Shown here: positions 55,665 to 61,987 of the stretch, in pieces
How positions within the stretch are numbered: position 1 is the first letter of the stretch
Layout: each line of letters opens with the position of its first letter
NCBI GenBank assembly: GCA_964603475.1
Contig: CAZRVG010000001.1
Location: forward strand, 1 to 61,987
From: an uncultured Candidatus Saccharibacteria bacterium
Lineage (GTDB): Bacteria > Patescibacteriota > Minisyncoccia > Minisyncoccales > UBA5738
DNA: 61,987 nucleotides
Reading direction: 5' to 3'
Program-made: the position numbers and the translations under genes
Notes under the pieces: generated by a model
The model's input: the letters and a program-made list of their open reading frames with translations, nothing else
What the model was told of the DNA's origin: nothing
Databases searched by the model: none

Positions 55665-57962
55665 TTAAAGCTTGATTCGCTCCAAGCCGTTAATCAGTAA
55701 TACCGCGATCGCCTCATCAATGTTATTCCTGCCGGCCATTCTCTGGATTTCTTTAATCACCAAATCAATGTGCTTGTTGATGATTTTTTCTCGCGCTTTT
55801 ATCATTGCCATTTTGGCGTTGGCCGGCAATTTGCGGGCTTGTGTTTTTTCCAACGCCTCAAACTGATTCCGCAGAATTGCAAACTGCGCCGCCAAAATAA
55901 TTTTTTGCGGCGTTTTGATTAACCCCCGCGCGGCAAAGCGGTCAAAATCGCTTATCAATTCGTCAATGGTGAAAACATCGTCTTGGGCGAATTTTTGCTC
56001 ATATTCGCCATCGCCGCCGCCGTCAATTTCCAGCACGGTTTCTTGCTCTCCGATTTCCAATATCCCGCGCAAGTTTTTATCAACTGGAATGGCGAAAAAC
56101 ACGCGCGGTTCTTGGGGAATGTCGTTTTCAATCGCTTGGGCGGTTAAAGTGAATGTTCCCTGCCCGGTGCCTTGCAAATCAATTTGGTATTCTTGGCCGT
56201 TTCCCTGCGGCAGATAGACATACTTTTTCTCGCCGTCAACATCAAATGCCGCGCCGGGGATCTCGTTTTTGGGACCGACATTGCCCACGTCCTCAATGAC
56301 ATTGCCAAAATTATCGGTAATTTTTATCGCCAGCGGGCTTTCAATTTTAATCGTGGTGCCATAGAGTTTGCATAATTTGTCATTGGCCAGCAATTGCGCG
56401 CGGGTGATAATTTTGTTGTTGGGAACGGCGATATTGCCGCCGGTGATTATGCTGGCAATCTTTTGGCGCGCGCCGTCAAAAGAAGGCATTTGCCCGTGCT
56501 TTGTTTCGGGCGCGTAGAAAGTGTTGGCATCGCTTGCCAAGGCAAGATTTGCCGATTCAAACGGCACCGTGTCATCGCCGTTGGCGATGGCAAAAAAATC
56601 ATAGCGGATGTGAACCCCGTCGGCATTAACCCAATCGCTTAATGTTGAAAAAACCGCCGATTTGCATCCGGCGATGTTGTAGCTGTCAATGCCTTTGGCC
56701 AAAAAATCATCGGCGGTCATATCATCCAAATCCGAATGCAAGCCAATCGCCCGATTGGTTGCGGTGTTGTTTGTCCCCGCTCCCGCCAAATACAAGCGGG
56801 TTTGGAGATAATCCAACTCCTCGGTTTGGTTAATTCCCCATATTGCCGCGGGCTTGACTTTGCGTATCCAAGAGCCCTTTTTGGAAAAGTATTGTTCGCT
56901 GGGTAAAAGATCATAGGCCGCGGGCATATTTTGCGCGATCTTTTTTAGCTCCGCGGGGTTAAGGCCAAACACTCCAAAATCCGTGCCGCTGATTAACGCC
57001 CTGCCCGCCAGCGGCGCGCCCAAATTGGGCACCCCCGCGAATACCAGCTTGCCGATTTTGGGTTGGCCATAATCGGCGACATATTTTTTGGCAATCAACC
57101 CGCCCAAGCTGTGAGCAATCACATCAACCTTGCCCGTGGGAGAAATTTCGGCCAGCCGGGCAATCCGCTTCGCCAGCAAATCGCTGTTGGCAATGTCGCG
57201 CCCGGTATAATTATCCGGTTTTGGATAAATCCCGCTGGCGCCATACCGCCAATCATAAGGAAAAGTATAAAAAGTCTGATCGTCGGCCCCCTCCTCGGCA
57301 ACATACCCCTGCCCCTCAAACTCATCAATCAACCCCTGCGAATATTCATATAAAACAATTTCATTATTTCCTACAATTTTAACTTTTTTATCAATTACAC
57401 CAAGCAATGAAGTATCAAATAACGGCTTAAGATGATCTCCGAATGCCAATGGATCCATAAACTCATCATCATTAAATGGATTAATCATCTTTTCGATATC
57501 CACCCATAATAATTCATTATCTCGCTTAATCTCCGTGCTTAACAGCCCCGGCACAAATAAAACCGGCGTTTTGGACAGAATTTTGGCATCCGGCGCCGGA
57601 TCAAAAAATTCGGCGGGCGGGGCCACCAAATCAATGGTGATTTCTTCTTGAGAATGGCAAAGCACCGCCTCATCGGTTGGCAAGCGGAAAACCGCCTCAC
57701 TCGTATCAAGAAAATCATCGGGAGGCAATTGCAAATCGATTGTTGCATCCTCGTCGCTATGACAAAGCACTGCTTCATCGGTTGGCAAGCGGAAGTTCGC
57801 CTCGTCAGCATCAAGCAAATCGTTAGGCGGCATCACCAATGCTATCGTTGTGGTGGCACTGGCGCCTTCAATGATAATTTCGGGCAAATCCTGCGCCCAA
57901 GTGCGCGCGAACAAAAACACCGCAATTGGCAAAAATATAAATAAAGGAAAATGCTTTTGCAT
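55665..57962 (-). CDS. Secreted alpha/beta-hydrolase (LCAT/PGAP1 lipase-like) with N-terminal acidic repeats
   Basis: Signal peptide; VLFVPG, FPYDWR, IAHSLGG, GVPNLGAP, GDDTVP, H in TKHG. Confidence 0.85.
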   Translation of the reverse strand: MQKHFPLFIFLPIAVFLFARTWAQDLPEIIIEGASATTTIALVMPPNDLLDADEANFRLPTDEAVLCHSDEDATIDLQLPPDDFLDTSEAVFRLPTDEAVLCHSQEEITIDLVAPPAEFFDPAPDAKILSKTPVLFVPGLLSTEIKRDNELLWVDIEKMINPFNDDEFMDPLAFGDHLKPLFDTSLLGVIDKKVKIVGNNEIVLYEYSQGLIDEFEGQGYVAEEGADDQTFYTFPYDWRYGASGIYPKPDNYTGRDIANSDLLAKRIARLAEISPTGKVDVIAHSLGGLIAKKYVADYGQPKIGKLVFAGVPNLGAPLAGRALISGTDFGVFGLNPAELKKIAQNMPAAYDLLPSEQYFSKKGSWIRKVKPAAIWGINQTEELDYLQTRLYLAGAGTNNTATNRAIGLHSDLDDMTADDFLAKGIDSYNIAGCKSAVFSTLSDWVNADGVHIRYDFFAIANGDDTVPFESANLALASDANTFYAPETKHGQMPSFDGARQKIASIITGGNIAVPNNKIITRAQLLANDKLCKLYGTTIKIESPLAIKITDNFGNVIEDVGNVGPKNEIPGAAFDVDGEKKYVYLPQGNGQEYQIDLQGTGQGTFTLTAQAIENDIPQEPRVFFAIPVDKNLRGILEIGEQETVLEIDGGGDGEYEQKFAQDDVFTIDELISDFDRFAARGLIKTPQKIILAAQFAILRNQFEALEKTQARKLPANAKMAMIKAREKIINKHIDLVIKEIQRMAGRNNIDEAIAVLLINGLERIKL
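57632..57848 (-). repeat. Intragenic 35-aa (105-bp) tandem repeat, ~2.3 copies
   Basis: FRLPTDEAVLCHS occurs twice, 35 aa apart. Confidence 0.85.
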
Positions 57963-57973
57963 AGTTTTATATA

Positions 57974-58285
57974 TTAAAATTGGATATTTCTAACTGCGTA
58001 AAATAAATATAAAAGATACCCCAATTTTAAAAAACAAAACGATAAAAATAGTAAAATAAACAAATAGAAAATATTTTTTATTTTCTTAAAATTATAAATA
58101 CTAAATAATAATCCTAAACAGCCAAGAAACTGTAAAAGCACTACAATGGTCAGTAAAATTCTATTACCAATATTAAATATTTCTTTATCAATACTCCACA
58201 ATCCAAGTATTGGGCTCCACAAAATTTCGGGGACCAAAAACATCGCCCCGAAAATTGCCAGCCATATTTTTTGCTTTTTTGTCAT
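57974..58285 (-). CDS. Hypothetical 3-TM membrane protein, very AT-rich
   Basis: Hydrophobic ORF directly upstream of the lipase-like gene. Confidence 0.65.
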   Translation of the reverse strand: MTKKQKIWLAIFGAMFLVPEILWSPILGLWSIDKEIFNIGNRILLTIVVLLQFLGCLGLLFSIYNFKKIKNIFYLFILLFLSFCFLKLGYLLYLFYAVRNIQF

Positions 58286-58306
58286 ATTGTTTTGTTATTT
58301 TTTGTT

Positions 58307-58327
58307 TGGTGAGGTTTGACCTCACCA
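58307..58327. repeat. Family D palindrome TGGTGAGGT-TTG-ACCTCACCA
   Basis: Perfect 9-3-9 palindrome. Confidence 0.9.
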
Positions 58328-58329
58328 GA

Positions 58330-58464
58330 TTATTTCACCAATGCTATCGTTGTGGTGGCACTGGCGCCTTCAATGATAATTTCGGGCAAATCCTGCGCCC
58401 AAGTGCGCGCGAACAAAAACACCGCAATCGGCAAAAATAAAATAATTTCAATTCTAAATTTCAT
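58330..58464 (-). CDS. 44-aa mini-ORF duplicating the lipase signal peptide (MKFRIEIILFLPIAVFLFARTWAQDLPEIIIEGASATTTIALVK)
   Basis: 58335-58439 matches 57833-57937 at 104/105 nt. Confidence 0.6.
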   Translation of the reverse strand: MKFRIEIILFLPIAVFLFARTWAQDLPEIIIEGASATTTIALVK

Positions 58465-58581
58465 TTGTTTATTATTATGGCAAATTACCGAAACTTACAG
58501 CAAAAAGCAAATAACACAACGCCATTAACAATATAATACCAATGCGAAACCCCTGCCCCTACGCCCCATAAGCTCAAAATC

Positions 58582-58752
58582 CATTGCACCTTTCGGGCGA
58601 AAGATTCCATCAAGCGCCCATTGTTCATCCGCGATCTCAACATTAAAAATAAAATCGCCGGAAATCCGACCGCCCATTGCCCCATCACCCATTCCCCATC
58701 GCCCATTCCCAGCGCGTAAAATTCATTGCACCTTTCGGGCGAAAGATTCCAT
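58582..58752. repeat. Two 29-bp direct repeats cattgcacctttcgggcgaaagattccat (58582-58610, 58724-58752) around a 7-mer tract
   Basis: Direct reading. Confidence 0.85.
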
Positions 58753-58782
58753 TGCGTTATCCGGCGGGCAAAAAAAAGGCGG

Positions 58783-59049
58783 TTAGCGCAATAATTTGAG
58801 CAAAGCGGATATTTCGGGGCGCGGGTTATCGGCAATGCGGTAGTGGGCTTGCTGGCCGGCTTGATCGCGGTCAACAATGTCGTTGGCAAATAAAATCACC
58901 AAATGTTTTGACGCGGCTTTATAGGAACAGCCGGCGGCATCTTTTATCATCCCCACCGAGGCCCCGTCGCGGCGGCCCAAAAGATATTTCACGATTTTGA
59001 GCCGATTCGCGTTGGCAAGCGCTTTGAAAATTTTTTCAATTTTTTTCAT
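58783..59049 (-). CDS. ArsR/SmtB-family transcriptional regulator
   Basis: FKALANANRLKIVKYL...ASKHLVIL...YRI. Confidence 0.88.
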   Translation of the reverse strand: MKKIEKIFKALANANRLKIVKYLLGRRDGASVGMIKDAAGCSYKAASKHLVILFANDIVDRDQAGQQAHYRIADNPRPEISALLKLLR

Positions 59050-59111
59050 CTTGATTTTCACTTTAAAAATCACACCCTTCCATATTTTTATGCTAACAAA
59101 TTCCGCCGTTT

Positions 59112-59140
59112 TATTCCACCTTTCGGGCGAAACATCCTAT
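59112..59140. repeat. CACC-TTTCG-gg-CGAAA-CATCC motif, copy D, upstream of arsR
   Basis: Matches copies at 49082, 58587 and 58729. Confidence 0.75.
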
Positions 59141-59187
59141 CTCATTGCACTGCCGCGTCCGCAAGCCGTAATAATAAACACAAAAAA

Positions 59188-60636
59188 CTATTTGCCGCAG
59201 CATTTTTTGTATTTTTTGCCCGAACCGCAAGGACAGGGCTCGTTTCTTCCCGGCGTTTTGGCGTCGATAATTGAAACTTTGTCTTTTGTTTCTCCCTTGG
59301 TGGCAAAATTTATTTTTAGATTTTTTATGAAATAATAAAATTCCATCGCAGGATCTTCTTCCAAAAAAAATCTAAAACGCTTTTTTTGCTCTCGTTTACC
59401 TAATTTGCCTAATTTGTCTAATGAACCGAAAAGAATCATCTCGTCATAATCTCCTTTGTCAAATTTATCTTTCATTTTCAAGGCAAAACTGTAATTGGGG
59501 TTTAATTCCAAGGCGATATCCAGCATCATCGCGCCTTCCAATCGCTGGCCGCAGGCAAAATGGCAGACCGCTTTGTTAGCAAAAAAACGAAAGGTATCCG
59601 GCCGCACCACAAAATTTTTGCGCATCGCGGCAAACGCCTTTTTCCAAATTTTTAGCGCCTTTAAAAAATCATTTTGATTCATCAATTTGTGGGCGTTTTG
59701 CACAAAGGGATACCAACAATCATCGCCGATTTGTCGCGCGTCGGAATAAAGTTGCGGCCGATAGTTTGGATTTTCAAACATCTTTTGCCGCGGAGTTTTG
59801 CCTCCCAGCTTTTCATTGGGTGAATTATTTTGAAAATCAAAAAACGCTTCAATCAGCTCGTTAAAATCATCGTCAAAACCGTGATCAACAGCCAAATACT
59901 GCATAATTGCCACAATGTCCAGCGGCTTCATATTATTTTTTTGCCACCAATCCGCCACAATATCCGGGCTGATATGATCTGCCAGAGCAAATTTTTTTAA
60001 TGCTTTTGAAAAATTCTTGCGCGCGGTTTCAAGATCGGCAACATCGGCTTTTGCAAGCGCCTCTTCATCGTCATCGGCCAAAAGAGAAAATGCCAAGCGC
60101 GGAGTAATTGGATCTTGTCCGCCAAACGCCATTTCTTTCCATGACTTCGTGCTTTTGGTAATCGGCAAAACCGCAGGATCCGCGCCCACCAACTCCCAAT
60201 ATTCTTCTGTTCGCGCCACGCGATTCAAAAATATGTTTCCCTTTCGAATGTTTTGCGTCAACGCCTTTTCTTGAACAAAAAAGTCTTGCCCCGTGCGCAG
60301 ATCGCGAATATCCAGACCTTTATCGCGATAAACCTTCAAAACTTCAAACGCGCCATATCGGTTCGTTGAGCAAAGATCTAAATATGTCTTTTTTTCTCTG
60401 CCGGAAAATTCGGATTCGCGGCGATGGCAATAATCTTCCAAAACCGTAAGGCCGTTGTTCAGCCGAAAATCAAAAACCAGCCATTCGTTCATCACCGCTA
60501 ACTGCATTTCGTTGATTTGCACAGGATGTTTATTTCCAAAAAAATCGTCCAACGCCCGCTGAATCTCAGGATGCCCAACGGGATAAAGTTCAAAGAAATC
60601 GTCTAAAACATTTGATATTGTCCCTTTTGCCAACAT
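59188..60636 (-). CDS. SEC-C motif protein with a TPR-like region
   Basis: C-terminal PGRNEPCPCGSGKKYKKCC. Confidence 0.85.
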   Translation of the reverse strand: MLAKGTISNVLDDFFELYPVGHPEIQRALDDFFGNKHPVQINEMQLAVMNEWLVFDFRLNNGLTVLEDYCHRRESEFSGREKKTYLDLCSTNRYGAFEVLKVYRDKGLDIRDLRTGQDFFVQEKALTQNIRKGNIFLNRVARTEEYWELVGADPAVLPITKSTKSWKEMAFGGQDPITPRLAFSLLADDDEEALAKADVADLETARKNFSKALKKFALADHISPDIVADWWQKNNMKPLDIVAIMQYLAVDHGFDDDFNELIEAFFDFQNNSPNEKLGGKTPRQKMFENPNYRPQLYSDARQIGDDCWYPFVQNAHKLMNQNDFLKALKIWKKAFAAMRKNFVVRPDTFRFFANKAVCHFACGQRLEGAMMLDIALELNPNYSFALKMKDKFDKGDYDEMILFGSLDKLGKLGKREQKKRFRFFLEEDPAMEFYYFIKNLKINFATKGETKDKVSIIDAKTPGRNEPCPCGSGKKYKKCCGK

Positions 60637-60744
60637 AAATTTAATTCATTTTATTTCAACTTGCCTTGTGGTCTATTCCGGCATTATTTTTATTTGCCGC
60701 TTATCCTGCTACGTAGCATGTTGCGTAGCATGCTGCTTGCGTAT

Positions 60745-61987
60745 CTATTTGGATAATATTTTTTGGGTTTGGTCGTAGATGTTGCCCGCGCCCAGCACCA
60801 GCAGAATTTCGCCGCCTTTTATTTCGCGTTTCAAAGTTTTTGCGATTTCTTTTTCAGGAAGATATTTGACGCTGTCGCGGTTGATGGCGGCAGTCAATTT
60901 TTGGCTGTCTATTTTTTTAGAAATTTTTTCGTTTTCTCGGCCGGCCACTTGATAAATGTTGGTGATAAAAATTTTATCCAGCGATGAATCTTGAAAAACT
61001 TTTACAAAATCGTCAAAAAGCAAATGCGTGCGCCACGCCTGGTGCGGTTGAAAAACACAAATTATTTTTTTGTTGGGCCAAAATTTTCGCGCGGCATCCA
61101 TGGTCAATTTAATCTGCGTGGGGTGGTGGCCATAATCAAAAACCGCGGTGAATTTTTTGCCGTTGATTGCCGCTTTTCGGCGGTCAAACCGCCGCCACGA
61201 ACCGCGGTATTTTGCCAAAGATTTGAAAATGGTTTCATCATTGATTTTCAACATTCGACCGACGACGAGCGCGGCCAGCGCGTTGGCAACATTGTGCTCC
61301 CCGGGAACGCGCAAAATTTCGCGCAAAATTTTTGCCTCGGGCATTGCGCGCGAATAATTGAAAACTTCAATCCCCTTTTTTTCCGCGGCTTGCCCCAGCC
61401 TTTCGGCGCCGTGGTTATCGGCGCAAACCACAAGCTTGCCGCCGGTTTTTATGTTGCCGGCAAATTTTTCAAACGCGCCAAACAATTTTTCTTCATTTTG
61501 ATAACATTCGATGTGATCCATTTCAATATTGGTCACCACCGCGATATCCGGAAAATAATTCCAAAACGCTTGGCAATATTCACACGCCTCAACTACCAGC
61601 AAATCCGATTTTCCGGCACGAAAATTCGTATCCCCGAATTCTTTCACTTTGGTGCCCACAATAACTGCGGGGTCTTTTTTTGCCGCGGCGAGCATCAATC
61701 CGATCATCGCCGCGGTGGTGCTTTTCCCATGCGCTCCGGCCACGGCAATCGTTCGGTGTTTTTTGGTAAGTTTCCCCAGAGCTTGCGGATAGCTCATCGC
61801 GGCAACCCCCAAATCCAGCGCCTGTTTTAATTCCAAATGATCCTTTTTTACCGCCAAGCTATAAACCACCAAATCGGGCGCGATTGATTTTAAGTTCGCG
61901 GTTTTTTTAATAAAAACGCGCGCGCCAATTTCTTCAAGCGCTTTTGTAATTTCGGAAGACGCCAAATCCGAACCGAAAACCTGCCAC
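60745..61987 (-). CDS. murC: UDP-MurNAc--L-alanine ligase (5' end beyond the window)
   Basis: VAGAHGKSTT, VVEACEY, TNIEMDH, DYGHHPT, FQPHQ, GAGNIY. Confidence 0.95.
   Translation of the reverse strand, partial: WQVFGSDLASSEITKALEEIGARVFIKKTANLKSIAPDLVVYSLAVKKDHLELKQALDLGVAAMSYPQALGKLTKKHRTIAVAGAHGKSTTAAMIGLMLAAAKKDPAVIVGTKVKEFGDTNFRAGKSDLLVVEACEYCQAFWNYFPDIAVVTNIEMDHIECYQNEEKLFGAFEKFAGNIKTGGKLVVCADNHGAERLGQAAEKKGIEVFNYSRAMPEAKILREILRVPGEHNVANALAALVVGRMLKINDETIFKSLAKYRGSWRRFDRRKAAINGKKFTAVFDYGHHPTQIKLTMDAARKFWPNKKIICVFQPHQAWRTHLLFDDFVKVFQDSSLDKIFITNIYQVAGRENEKISKKIDSQKLTAAINRDSVKYLPEKEIAKTLKREIKGGEILLVLGAGNIYDQTQKILSK

Noticed and set aside
60991-61830. 279-aa + strand ORF (similarly 42448-43233 and other overlapping ORFs)
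   Set aside because: Antisense shadows of conserved genes (murC, mraY/murL) with no recognisable motifs.
1-61987. tRNA, rRNA, tmRNA or RNase P genes
   Set aside because: No cloverleaf/T-loop, rRNA or RNase P signature was recognised in any intergenic gap; tRNAscan and Infernal would be needed to exclude divergent copies.

Overview
A 62 kb, gene-dense window read in genetic code 11. It looks like a Patescibacteria (CPR, Parcubacteria-like) chromosome; this is inferred from gene content, short aaRS variants, scarce Shine-Dalgarno sites and CPR-type membrane-anchored hypotheticals. Core genes (xseAB, rplI, pyrG, rpmA, uppS, ychF, xer, gltX, murG-ftsW-murD-murL-mraY, aspS, recQ, valS, murC) alternate with accessory blocks. 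No rRNA, tRNA or CRISPR array was seen. Main unexplained structure: (1) A RAYT-like HUH/Y1 transposase flanked by ~40-bp direct repeats that each end on a start codon. It is accompanied by five palindrome families with different arms but a shared RRGT-NNN-ACYY core (loop mostly NTG); one doublet sits in-frame inside a geranylgeranyl-reductase-like gene. (2) A 156-nt multi-stem RNA candidate with loop-loop complementarity between murL and murD. (3) A MurL epimerase beside a MurD2-like ligase. (4) A 2-kb island bounded by a duplicated, synonymously diverged xseB 3' half. (5) A compositionally chimeric 7TM histidine kinase beside an acyl-ACP-reductase-like gene. (6) A duplicated signal-peptide cassette upstream of a lipase-like gene. 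(7) An active/inactive M14 peptidase pair. (8) An EVE/HNH/Panacea defence island. (9) Many 7-8-nt-periodic intergenic repeats abutting start codons. All family calls come from motif recognition by eye, not database searches.
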